A stretch of DNA of 42,218 nucleotides, from positions 1-42,218 of the forward strand of contig JAWLEP010000027.1 of assembly GCA_041686025.1 (NCBI GenBank), written 5' to 3'. The position numbers and the translations under genes are program-made. Below, one piece after another: positions 17,154-30,019 of the stretch. Below the pieces are notes generated by a model that did not search any database, had not been told where the DNA came from, and was given only the letters and a program-made list of their open reading frames with translations. Within the stretch, counting starts at the first letter, position 1, and each line of letters opens with the position of its first letter. This stretch comes from Candidatus Fermentibacteraceae bacterium. Lineage in GTDB: Bacteria > Fermentibacterota > Fermentibacteria > Fermentibacterales > JCC-6.

Positions 17154-18302
17154 TCATATGTCCAGTCTGCGGAAGACGCGGTCCTCGAAGGCGGCCGAGA
17201 GATCGCCGAAGACCGGCTCGCCCACCAGGAACGCGTATATGGAGTCCGCCATGGCCTCCGGGTCCACGTCGGCGAACCGGTCGGGGTAGAGCACGGTGCC
17301 CACGTAGTAGGCGTCGGCCAGTATGGAGCCGAAGTTCTTGGTGTACCAGTTGTAGGGCAGCAGGCCGTAGACCCGCCCCTCCCGCAGGGCGGAGAGGTCC
17401 GAGTAGGCCGGGTCGTTGCGAAGCTGCCACAGGGCGCTGGCCTGGGGGTCGGACTGCAGTGTCGAGGCATCCACGAACAGCACCTCCGGGTCCCAGGCCA
17501 CTATCTGCTCCTTGGCCACGTCCGCGTGCTCCTGGCCCTCCCCTCCCACCGCCGAGGCCAGATTGCGGGCGCCCGTCAGGGCCAGCGGAGGATAGGAGGG
17601 CTCCGTGGACTGCAGGCCATGCGGGCCGCGGTAGGCTATCCCCCCCACGTAGCAGGATACCTTAGCGGAGTCGGGGACGTCGGTTGTTCTGGCCTCCAGG
17701 TCCGCCATGACCTCCTCCAGGAAGGCGACCACCTCCTCGGCCCGCTCCCCGCGCTCCAGCACCGCCCCCATGGTCCTCAGGGAGTGGTAGAGGGCGGGTT
17801 TGCGGCTACCGGTGAGGTTTCCGTAGTCCAGGACCACCACCGGTATGCCCGTCTTGCGCTGCAGCTCCTGGGGGTCCATTCCCATGTTGGCGTAGGTCTT
17901 GAATATCACCTGCGGCGCGGGGTCCAGGGCCACGATCAGCTCGGGGTTGTCGTGGCCGCGGAACTCTCCGAAAACCGGCAGCTCCGCCAGCTCCGGGCTG
18001 GCCATGGCGTAGGGCCTGGCGTCGAACCGCTGCCTCCGCCCCTCCATGTCGTCCACCGCCACGGCCCGGTCCTGGGCCTGCAGGTAGCACAGCAGCCTCA
18101 GGCAGCCCGGGCCGGAGCATATGACGCGCCGGGGATTGCGCCGAACGACCACCTCGCGGCCCATGGCGTCGATGACGGTGACCGTCTCCATGGAGTCCGC
18201 TTCCGTCCCCGACTCCCGCCCGTCTTCCGTACACCCGCCTCCGCAGGCGGAGAGCATGGCAAGCCATCCAATGGCGACTAGCTTGAATATGCGATAACTC
18301 AC
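17154..18302 (-). CDS. Fe/B12-family ABC substrate-binding lipoprotein
   Basis: Lipobox LSAC; VIDAMGREV...PRRVI, EQIVAWDPEV, ALREGRVY (periplasmic binding protein type III pattern). Operon with the permease and ATPase. Confidence 0.88.
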   Translation of the reverse strand: MSYRIFKLVAIGWLAMLSACGGGCTEDGRESGTEADSMETVTVIDAMGREVVVRRNPRRVICSGPGCLRLLCYLQAQDRAVAVDDMEGRRQRFDARPYAMASPELAELPVFGEFRGHDNPELIVALDPAPQVIFKTYANMGMDPQELQRKTGIPVVVLDYGNLTGSRKPALYHSLRTMGAVLERGERAEEVVAFLEEVMADLEARTTDVPDSAKVSCYVGGIAYRGPHGLQSTEPSYPPLALTGARNLASAVGGEGQEHADVAKEQIVAWDPEVLFVDASTLQSDPQASALWQLRNDPAYSDLSALREGRVYGLLPYNWYTKNFGSILADAYYVGTVLYPDRFADVDPEAMADSIYAFLVGEPVFGDLSAAFEDRVFRRLDI

Positions 18303-18400
18303 CTTTGCCCCTCTTGTTGTCGTTGCGTCTCGAGCACTTTGTCAGCTTCTGTTCCGGCCCCCCGATAAGTCATGGACGCCGGGCGGGGCGGAGGAAGGAC

Positions 18401-22412
<4,012 letters not shown>

Positions 22413-22426
22413 CTCCGGGCCCTGGG

Positions 22427-24610
22427 TCACTCGGGCCTGCCCCTGCGGTAGACGACGTCCGCCGGGACCCTGAAGTCGGAATTGACCTCCAGGGAGAGAA
22501 CCTCCCGGCTGGTGTCCGGCAGGACCGCTACGTACTGGTCGCCGCCCTGGCGGCGGCTCAGGCCCAGGCCGGCCGAGGATCCGTCGGTGAAGCCCACCCT
22601 GACGCTGTCCAGCGCCAGGGGAAAGTCCAGTCCGGGCTGCCACTGGGAGACCTGCAGGTAGAGGACTCCGGCCGAATCGCTCCAGGTTACCATCAGCTGT
22701 GGCACTCCCGGGTAGGTGAGCCATTTCCAGAAGAGGTCCTCCTGTTCGGAGTTCTCCGATATCCTGAAGGCCGAGTGCAGCCGGAGGAAGGAGTTTCCCG
22801 AATGGCGCAGGCTGCTCATGGACCGCTGCAGGCCCAGCTCGAACCGCGGGAACCTCTCGGCGAACATGTCCAGGACCAGCGGCGCCTTGCCCAGGAGCAC
22901 CGGATCGGCCAGGGGACTGTCTCCGAGCCGGGGGTCGGAGACGGCGTACTCGGTGCCTCCCTCCGTCTCCGTGGCGTACAGGTAGTAGCGGAGGAATGCC
23001 TGGCGCATCATGCCGGACCCCGGGGCGTCGGCGGGGAAGTTGTCCTCGTAGTACCTCAGCACGCTCCACCCGCACAGCGCCCGTTCCAGGGCCGGGGCCA
23101 GATGCGTGGACCGGCTGAGGATGGCGGCGGTGGCGGCTCCCACCAGGTCCGCGCCCAGCGGCCTGCGTCCGGAGCTGAGGGAATCGGGCCACGTCGGATA
23201 CTCACCCAGCGACACCAGAAGCCCGGGGGAGACGAATAGGCATCCGGGGCCCGCCCTCAGCACCCTGCCGTCCACCCCCCTGATGAGGATGTAGTCGAGA
23301 CGCGCCCCCTCGAAGCCCATGTACCTCCAGCAGAACCTGTTGAGGTTTTCCGCCCAGTCCACGGCGGTCCTTGTCTGCAGCGCCGGCGCGGCTTGCGCGG
23401 CGGAATCGGCGTCGCCCAGGCTGTCGGATTCGGGAAGTATGGCGCTGGACCCCGGTCTCAGTTCCTCCTGCCGGAAGTACCCCACGGCCCATGCCACCGG
23501 CCCCCTGATGCCTCCCTCGGGGGCCGTGAAGCGGGCTGTCTGCAGAGTGTCCGTGGAGCGGCTCCAGACCTCCTCCAGGGGAGCGTAGATGCTGTAACCC
23601 GCAGGAGCCTCCACCGTAAGGTCGTAGTCGGCCGGCGTCTCCGACCATGGATGCAGCCACGCTCCGCAGCAGAACGACAGGTTGAGCTTCACCTGTCCCT
23701 TCAGGGGGTAGCCTGAGTCGTCCTCCCGGAGGAAGAACCCCTCCAGGCTGGTGGAGTAGACTCCCTGGAAGACCCTCTCGCTGTCGGCCACGCACACCAT
23801 GCTCCCCCCGGACTGGTTCACCTCACCCCTGATGGGAGTCAGGGCGCTTACGGAGCCCCCGGCCCTCTCGGGGGGGTTCAGGGCCAGCTGGCTGTCCGCC
23901 GGAGTGGGAGAGAAGTCTATGGTCAGGGTGTCCAGGAGGTCCAGGCGGTGGACCGTGGGAAGCACGCTGAGATGCAGGGAGTGGCGTATGTAGGGCGGAG
24001 GCGTGACATCGCCCTCTCCGGCCTCTCTGAAAATCTCGCGGCGCGTGCGGTCGGCCAGGTACACGCCCCGCTCACCGCTCCAGGGCTCCCGGGAGGCCGA
24101 CCTGAGGGCGTCGGCCAGGTACCGCAGCAGTATGCCCCTGCTGTCGCCCGCCATGGTCGCCCTGAGAGCAAGAAGCTGCTTGGAGCCGCAGGCCCAGACC
24201 CGCTCCAGGGACGCGGAGTCCCCCGTGAAGTAGGAGACCAGGGGCACGCCCTCCTCTCCCGCCGGGTCTGCGATCACGTCCACCGAGTCGAGCCCGGCCG
24301 CCTGCAGGTACTCCGTCCGGGTGTAGGCGTCCGTGCCGGCCTCCGGAATGGCAACTGCCCTGACGCGGGCTCTCTCGTTGGGGGTGAGGCTTACAATTGC
24401 CCTGGGACGGTCCTCGGGGCCCGTTATGGTGTCTATCGCCATGGACTCGGAGGGAGGAAGCGTCAGGCTGACCGTGCCGCCCTTTCCCGCCGGCAGGACC
24501 AGCTCCAGGCCTCCCTCCATCGGCCGGGGGGCCGGGGAAGAACCGCACGCCGAGAGCAGACAGAGGCCCGCAAGACCGCCCGCAGCAGCGATTTTCGGCA
24601 GATTGCCCAT
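22427..24610 (-). CDS. Lipoprotein with an M1-aminopeptidase-like fold lacking catalytic motifs
   Basis: Lipobox LSAC. Segments align by eye with M1 peptidases (ADYDLTVEAPAGY, AWAVGYF, KAPLVLDMF, FWKWLTYPGVPQL). No HEXXH anywhere in the protein. Confidence 0.6.
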   Translation of the reverse strand: MGNLPKIAAAGGLAGLCLLSACGSSPAPRPMEGGLELVLPAGKGGTVSLTLPPSESMAIDTITGPEDRPRAIVSLTPNERARVRAVAIPEAGTDAYTRTEYLQAAGLDSVDVIADPAGEEGVPLVSYFTGDSASLERVWACGSKQLLALRATMAGDSRGILLRYLADALRSASREPWSGERGVYLADRTRREIFREAGEGDVTPPPYIRHSLHLSVLPTVHRLDLLDTLTIDFSPTPADSQLALNPPERAGGSVSALTPIRGEVNQSGGSMVCVADSERVFQGVYSTSLEGFFLREDDSGYPLKGQVKLNLSFCCGAWLHPWSETPADYDLTVEAPAGYSIYAPLEEVWSRSTDTLQTARFTAPEGGIRGPVAWAVGYFRQEELRPGSSAILPESDSLGDADSAAQAAPALQTRTAVDWAENLNRFCWRYMGFEGARLDYILIRGVDGRVLRAGPGCLFVSPGLLVSLGEYPTWPDSLSSGRRPLGADLVGAATAAILSRSTHLAPALERALCGWSVLRYYEDNFPADAPGSGMMRQAFLRYYLYATETEGGTEYAVSDPRLGDSPLADPVLLGKAPLVLDMFAERFPRFELGLQRSMSSLRHSGNSFLRLHSAFRISENSEQEDLFWKWLTYPGVPQLMVTWSDSAGVLYLQVSQWQPGLDFPLALDSVRVGFTDGSSAGLGLSRRQGGDQYVAVLPDTSREVLSLEVNSDFRVPADVVYRRGRPE

Positions 24611-24666
24611 GTGCCTCCCGTCCACTGGCTGCAGACGCAGCCCAAGCAGGAACCCGACGATTTGCT

Positions 24667-24695
24667 ATTGTACGCCAGAGCGGCTTTCGGGGCAA
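24667..24695 (-). promoter_or_regulatory. Putative sigma70 promoter (TTGCCC-17-TACAAT) for the lipoprotein-GH57-ligA unit
   Basis: Minus strand TTGCCC cgaaagccgctctggcg TACAAT in the divergent intergenic gap. Confidence 0.6.
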
Positions 24696-24717
24696 GTCCG
24701 CGGGGGCGGGTGCGGCG

Positions 24718-24746
24718 TTGACGCCGAAGGGCCGACCTAGCACATT
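24718..24746 (+). promoter_or_regulatory. Putative divergent promoter (TTGACG-17-CACATT) for the membrane protein
   Basis: Hexamers with 17-nt spacing, followed by a GGAGG RBS before ATG 24767. Confidence 0.4.
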
Positions 24747-24766
24747 CGGCCGCAACGGAGGTAAGC

Positions 24767-25462
24767 ATGTACCAGGCTGCGCTGGCGTACCAGACAGTTA
24801 CCGGGCGGATCCTCTCCCAGGCCGCCGCCCCCTACATAGTAGCGGCGTTCTTCGCCGTGGCGACCGTGCCTGTGTTCATATTTCTCCACGTCCTCGGCAC
24901 CCGGCTGTTCGTGCGTTCGCAGCGGTCGGGCAACGCCGGATCCCTGGCCTTCTTCCTGGGGATGCTGGCACCGGGCGCCGCCGGAGCCGTCCTCTCCTGC
25001 CTGATACCCAATCCCGAGCTCCAGCTGGTTCTGGGCCTCGCCTCCGGTGTTTTTCTCTGGACGGCGCTGGGAGACGTGACCGAGAAGCTGGGCTGGATCT
25101 CGACCTTCTCCCGCCGCGCCCTGATCCTGTTCTTTCCGCTGGTGGCAGTCTGGTTCGTGCTGGCCTTCGCCATCCCCGGCATACCCATCGGACTGATAGG
25201 GGCGCTGGGCTATCCCCTCTTCGTGTGGGGCCTGCACCTTACCCGCATCCGGGTGATATCCTACTGGGGCCCTATGTCCATCGCGGGTATCATCGTGGCG
25301 CTGGTGTTCGCCATGATAGCCGGGGCCGCCCTTGCCCTGGGCATCATGGGCCAGTCCATCTTCTCGGGAATAATAGGAGGCGTCTTCTTCGCCATATCGG
25401 CCTGGTCCACACTGGAGATCATCTGGGAGCGGGGCATGGCCGAGAAGCCGTGGCGCCGCTAG
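24767..25462 (+). CDS. Hypothetical multi-pass membrane protein (about 7-8 TM helices)
   Basis: 231 aa of alternating hydrophobic stretches, good GGAGG RBS, GC3-rich codons. No family recognised. Confidence 0.75.
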   Translation: MYQAALAYQTVTGRILSQAAAPYIVAAFFAVATVPVFIFLHVLGTRLFVRSQRSGNAGSLAFFLGMLAPGAAGAVLSCLIPNPELQLVLGLASGVFLWTALGDVTEKLGWISTFSRRALILFFPLVAVWFVLAFAIPGIPIGLIGALGYPLFVWGLHLTRIRVISYWGPMSIAGIIVALVFAMIAGAALALGIMGQSIFSGIIGGVFFAISAWSTLEIIWERGMAEKPWRR

Positions 25463-25481
25463 CCCGCCCTCCCCCCACCCC

Positions 25482-25504
25482 ATTCAAGTGCCAGGCACTT
25501 GAAT
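25482..25504. repeat. Perfect palindrome ATTCAAGTGCC-A-GGCACTTGAAT between convergent genes
   Basis: 11-bp inverted repeat with a 1-nt centre, read directly from the sequence. Confidence 0.8.
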
Positions 25505-25532
25505 TGAACGGTGCTGCGGTAGGGAATAGCGC

Positions 25533-26843
25533 CTAGTAGATCAGGTACCAGAGGCCGGCCCGGAAGCTCAGGGGAGCCTCGCGGTACTCGGTGTAGTAGA
25601 GCTCGGAGGCCTCCGCGTCCCGGTTCACGCCGTTGTACTGCTGCACGTTCCAGCCGTCTATATTGGTGTAGAGGCGTCCGATGGCGCCGGCCTCCAGGCC
25701 CAGGTGGCCGGTGAGGAGAAACTCCAGGCCTGCGCTGGCCATTCCCCCGAAGCTGAACCCGCTGGCGTTTGAGGCCAGGGTGTCCACGGCCGTCTCCTGG
25801 ATCAGGAAGCTCATCCCAGCGCCGCCGTGCAGGCTGAGAGCCAGCCCCGGAGGGCTGACGGGTATCCTCGTCCCCACCATCCCCTCCACACCTACCGAGG
25901 AGAGGCGGTCGGCGGTACCCGCGTTCAGCGCGCCGCCGAAGGAGAGCCCCCATTTCGCGGTCCTTCCCTCTATGCGAACGCTGTTGACCAGCAGCGTGCC
26001 GTCATCGCTGTCCAGAGAGTCGCCGGGCTCCACGGATGCCGGGCACGCCTGGTAGGAGATGGATACCGCTGCGGGCTGCCCCGACTCCACCGCCGTCACC
26101 GGCCCGCCCTCCACCAGACGCCCGGCCAGCAGCCGGGCCCTGGCTGTGGAGTTTCCCACAGACGTTATCTGCACCAGCCCCCTGCTGCCCAGGAGCTCGT
26201 ACTCCTCCCGGGTGGCCGGCACTCCCTGCGAGCTGCCTATCACCGACATGACCATGCCCTTCTCCAGGCCTGCCGAGGATCCGGCGGGGATCTCCTGGTC
26301 GGCTCCGCTTCCCGCCGTGAACCGTATCTCCACGGGAAACAGCTCCAGCAGCGACCTGGACACCAGCTCCCCGGCGGCCCGCAGGGCCAGCCGCTGGACA
26401 TCGGCGGAGTAAGGGGCCTCGCGCTCGTCGAACGCCCTCTCGCTCACGGTTCCGATCAGGGATCCGGCCGAGGAGTAGAACCTGCCCGAGACCTCCACCG
26501 AGACCTCCCTCACAGTGATCAGCGAGTCGTTGCGCCTTGTGGTGTACTCGTCCGTAGCGGGAGGTCTCACGTCTATGGCCACTATTACATCGAGATTCTC
26601 CTCGGAGCTGATCTCGTCCAGCCTGTAGGCGATGTTCTCCGGGGTCAGGCCGTCGCCGGCCAGCTCGGCGACCGATACCACCTCGAACCTGCCGCTACGT
26701 ACGTACCCGGTCTCAACCTGCTCGATGACCGCGGCCGAATCTACCTCCCCGTACACGTCGAGCGTAACTACCCCTATCCTGGGGAGGGCGGCGGCGGATA
26801 CGGCGGCGAGAGCAAGCAGCAGGGCTATGGGCAAGTTCCTCAT
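25533..26843 (-). CDS. Exported protein: CsgG/FlgT-like N-terminal domains plus a probable C-terminal outer-membrane beta-barrel
   Basis: Signal peptide; RIGVVTLD...SGRFEVVS (CsgG/TolB-N-like); AGSSAGLEKGMVMSV...GLVQITSVGNSTARARL (FlgT_C-like); alternating amphipathic strands ending FRAGLWYLIY. Confidence 0.6.
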   Translation of the reverse strand: MRNLPIALLLALAAVSAAALPRIGVVTLDVYGEVDSAAVIEQVETGYVRSGRFEVVSVAELAGDGLTPENIAYRLDEISSEENLDVIVAIDVRPPATDEYTTRRNDSLITVREVSVEVSGRFYSSAGSLIGTVSERAFDEREAPYSADVQRLALRAAGELVSRSLLELFPVEIRFTAGSGADQEIPAGSSAGLEKGMVMSVIGSSQGVPATREEYELLGSRGLVQITSVGNSTARARLLAGRLVEGGPVTAVESGQPAAVSISYQACPASVEPGDSLDSDDGTLLVNSVRIEGRTAKWGLSFGGALNAGTADRLSSVGVEGMVGTRIPVSPPGLALSLHGGAGMSFLIQETAVDTLASNASGFSFGGMASAGLEFLLTGHLGLEAGAIGRLYTNIDGWNVQQYNGVNRDAEASELYYTEYREAPLSFRAGLWYLIY

Positions 26844-26945
26844 CCTGTCCCCTTCTTCAGTCTGGTGGGTTCGGACCTCTACAGGAATATACTAATACGA
26901 GGGGCCGGCATCGGATACCCTCCGCTCCCCGTCGGCGGCCCGGGG

Positions 26946-28067
26946 TCAGGGCAGCCCGATCAGCTCCAGAATCCGCTGAAGGGTCAGTGTGATGGTGGTG
27001 TCGGCGTACAGGCCCTGAAGCGAGTCACGCCAGCCGGCCGCCAGGCTGTCCAGCAGCTGCTCACGGTCCGACAAAGCCCTTCCCGCCGAATCGAAGGTCA
27101 GATGCAGCATGACCGTGGAGTCCCCCGGGGCCGCGCTGCCGGCGATCATCCCGTCGTGGGAGGTGGTGCTTCGAATCCGGACCGTGGAGTCCGCAGCATC
27201 CTCGTCCTTCTCCGCAAGCGACAGCCCCATGGCGTCCGCCACAATCTCCAGGCTGTCCTCCCCGGGCTGCCGGGCCGCCTCCCGATCCGCCCATACGCTC
27301 TCGGGGGGAGAGAACATGGGGGCAGATTCCTCCTCCCCGGCGCCGACGGTGTCATCCCCGCCGCTTCCCGCACCGACAACGCTCTCATCGATTTCCTCCG
27401 GAGCGGGGGCCTCTCCCGCGCCCGTCTGCCCGGCCAGGTCGGCATCCTCCCTGCCGGCCCTGGACAGGCCCTCTGTAGCGTCTGCGAGAGTGTCATCCAT
27501 GGCCGAGGCCTCGGGTTCCTGCTGTACAGCCTCCTCTGCGGGCTCTGCGGACATGATCGCAGAGGTGTCCGCCTGCTGCTGATCGTCCTCCGCGCTCTCC
27601 TCCATCTCCTCGCCCGCGGCACCCGCAGGGACCTGCCCGGCCGCCCCGGACTCGTCCCGGGTGGTGGCCATGGTCTCCTCGGCCCTCCTGGCCGCGGAGA
27701 CTGAAGGCGATTCCACGGTCCCGAGTAGGCTTCCCGCACCGGGAACGAAGAGCCTCAGGCCCACCAGGGCCGCGATCAGCGCGGCGGCTACCGGGAGACC
27801 GAACCTGAGGAGACGGCTTCCCGAAGACGCCCCGTCCCGCTGAAGGACCTTCTTCCTCATGCTGCGGAAACCGCTCTCCGGCGGGGCCTCGTAATCGTCC
27901 CTCCAGGATTCCTCCATGCGCTTCTGGGACTCGACGATGCTCCTGCAGCGGGGACAGGCCTCCAGATGCCCCTGCACCTCCCGGCGCCGGTCCGCGGGGA
28001 GCTCGCCGTCCATGAGGGCCATCAGCTCCCGGAAGGAGGGGCAGCCCGAACGTCCTTTGCCCATCAT
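26946..28067 (-). CDS. Zinc-finger (zf-HC2, ZAS) transmembrane anti-sigma factor
   Basis: C...LMALMDGEL...HLEACPRC, one TM helix (FGLPVAAALIAALVGL), acidic low-complexity periplasmic region. Follows the ECF sigma gene. Confidence 0.85.
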   Translation of the reverse strand: MMGKGRSGCPSFRELMALMDGELPADRRREVQGHLEACPRCRSIVESQKRMEESWRDDYEAPPESGFRSMRKKVLQRDGASSGSRLLRFGLPVAAALIAALVGLRLFVPGAGSLLGTVESPSVSAARRAEETMATTRDESGAAGQVPAGAAGEEMEESAEDDQQQADTSAIMSAEPAEEAVQQEPEASAMDDTLADATEGLSRAGREDADLAGQTGAGEAPAPEEIDESVVGAGSGGDDTVGAGEEESAPMFSPPESVWADREAARQPGEDSLEIVADAMGLSLAEKDEDAADSTVRIRSTTSHDGMIAGSAAPGDSTVMLHLTFDSAGRALSDREQLLDSLAAGWRDSLQGLYADTTITLTLQRILELIGLP

Positions 28068-28070
28068 CGG

Positions 28071-28685
28071 CTATCCCCCTTCCCTGGCGGATTCGGGGCC
28101 CAGAAGGCCGGATACGGATTCCCTCACGGCCTCCCTGGCCCGGGAGAGCCTCGACATTACCGTGCCCATGGCTATGTCCAGGGTCTCGGAGATCTCGCTG
28201 TAGCTGAGTCCCTGGTCCACCCGAAGCACGAAGACAGCGCGCAGGGGCGGGGAGAGCCTGCCCACTGCCCCCTTCACCGCTTCGGCCAGCTCCTCGGCGG
28301 CGGCGCGCTCCAGTGCCTGGTCCTCCACCACCTGGCTGCCGTCGCCGTCGTACTCCTCCACGAACGTCACCTCTCCCCGGCGCTTCCGCTTCTCGGTCTT
28401 GTTTATCGCCAGGTTGACCACTATGCGGTACATCCACGTAAAGAAGCGGTATTGGGGGTCGAACCGTTCCATGGCGTCCATGGCCCTGATGAAGGCATCC
28501 TGGGTTATGTCCCAGGCGTCGTCGTCGCTGCGCGACATCCTTCTGGCCAGTCTGAACACCCTGTTCTGGTACATCTTCACTATCTCCCCGAAGGCTTCCC
28601 TGTCGCCCTTTCTGGCCCGCTCGATCAGCTCCCGCTCCTCGGGAGTGTCGGCAGCGGCGCTCACCAGTAGTACAGCCAGAAGCAA
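28071..28685 (-). CDS. ECF-family RNA polymerase sigma factor
   Basis: ARKGDREAFGEIV, DAWDITQDAFIRA, FFTWMYRIVVN, LSYSEISETLDIAMGTVMSRLSRAR. Confidence 0.94.
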   Translation of the reverse strand: MLLAVLLVSAAADTPEERELIERARKGDREAFGEIVKMYQNRVFRLARRMSRSDDDAWDITQDAFIRAMDAMERFDPQYRFFTWMYRIVVNLAINKTEKRKRRGEVTFVEEYDGDGSQVVEDQALERAAAEELAEAVKGAVGRLSPPLRAVFVLRVDQGLSYSEISETLDIAMGTVMSRLSRAREAVRESVSGLLGPESAREGG

Positions 28686-28702
28686 GCCCTATTCCCTCCG
28701 GT

Positions 28703-29245
28703 TCAGAAACGGAAGTAGATCATGCCGCCGATGACGCGGCTCTCGGGTCCGCCGGTCTCCCTCTCGAAGTCCCTGTTCTCCCGCGAGAACCCGTACAGGT
28801 GGGCGTCAACGTAGGCGTCCAGCATGCCGTACAGCCATGCCGCCGATGTGTACCAGATCAGATCCAGCCTGCGGGCGCTGTGGCGCTCGTAGCTGTCCTC
28901 GTAGAAGGGGTCTCCGGTTCTGCGGAAGTCGTCCCTGGCCTCCTCGGCCATGGCGTGCTCCGCTACAAGCCAGGCCAGCAGCCCCAGCTCCACCGAACCC
29001 AGCGCCAGTCCCTTCAGCGGCTCCCTGTTGTAGAACTGGCCCCATCCTGGAAGAACGGCGGATCGGAGGAGGGCCCCGGTGGGGTTCGGCTGCCACTGGC
29101 CTCCGAAGGTGTATGCGGCATCCAGGGTATCGGGAGAGGTCCGGACCGAGTCCCGCGGCTGCGGGGCACCGCGGCCGCTGTCCTCGGTCCCTTCGGGGCC
29201 GCCTTCGGCCGTCAGCAGTGCCAGAACAACCAGCAGAAGAGGCAA
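28703..29245 (-). CDS. DUF5683-like exported/membrane protein
   Basis: NPTGALLRSAVLPGWGQFYN...KG and YGMLDAYVDAHL motifs typical of DUF5683. Confidence 0.75.
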   Translation of the reverse strand: MPLLLVVLALLTAEGGPEGTEDSGRGAPQPRDSVRTSPDTLDAAYTFGGQWQPNPTGALLRSAVLPGWGQFYNREPLKGLALGSVELGLLAWLVAEHAMAEEARDDFRRTGDPFYEDSYERHSARRLDLIWYTSAAWLYGMLDAYVDAHLYGFSRENRDFERETGGPESRVIGGMIYFRF

Positions 29246-29254
29246 TGCCTTCCC

Positions 29255-30019
29255 CTAAGTGACCAGTCCCCTGCGCGACTCCATCACGAACTCGGCCAGG
29301 TGACGGGCGTCGGGCCCCCAGCCGTCCTCTGCCAGCAGGGAGCCGGCCTTTTCGCTTATGACGCCGTCCTCCCGGAAGAGCTGATGGAAAGCCCTGCGCA
29401 GGTTCTCCAGCCTCTCCCTGTCGAAGCCCCTTCTCCGCAGGCCGATGGTGTTCAGGGAGGCCAGCCGCAGCGGGCAGCCGCCGGCCAGCATGAAGGGGGG
29501 AACGTCCTTGACCACCCGGAAGCCGCCCCCGACCATGACGTGCGAGCCGATGCGGACGAACTGATGGACGGGCACCACGCCCCCGATGGTGGTGTGGTCG
29601 CCTATCTCCACGTGTCCGGCCAGCTGGACGCAGTTGGCCAGTATTACGCCGTCTCCTATCCTGCAGTCGTGGGCCACGTGGGCGTAGGCCATGATGAGGC
29701 AGCTCTCGCCGATCTCCGTCCTGCCGCTGGCAGCGGTTCCCCGGTTGATGTTGGCGAACTCCCGGATGACGGTTCCGGCGCCCACCTGCAGATGGGTTCT
29801 CTCGCCCGCGTACTTCAGGTCCTGGGGGTCGGTGCCCACCACTGCCGAGGGTCCTATGGAGACCCCCTCTCCCAGGACCGTGGGGCCGTCCACGTAGGCA
29901 TGGGCCCCGATGCTGCAGCCCGGGGAGAGCGTGACTTCCGCGGTGACCACCGCGAAGGGCCCGATCTCCACGTCCTCGGGAACCTCGGTCTCGACCAGGG
30001 CGGCGGGATGGACAGTCAT
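29255..30019 (-). CDS. lpxA: UDP-N-acetylglucosamine acyltransferase
   Basis: Start [58 protein letters not shown]. Confidence 0.96.
   Translation of the reverse strand: MTVHPAALVETEVPEDVEIGPFAVVTAEVTLSPGCSIGAHAYVDGPTVLGEGVSIGPSAVVGTDPQDLKYAGERTHLQVGAGTVIREFANINRGTAASGRTEIGESCLIMAYAHVAHDCRIGDGVILANCVQLAGHVEIGDHTTIGGVVPVHQFVRIGSHVMVGGGFRVVKDVPPFMLAGGCPLRLASLNTIGLRRRGFDRERLENLRRAFHQLFREDGVISEKAGSLLAEDGWGPDARHLAEFVMESRRGLVT

Noticed and set aside
18303..18400. Cobalamin riboswitch or Fur/NikR box upstream of the ABC binding protein
   Set aside because: The gap is only 98 bp and shows no B12-box or convincing operator palindrome.
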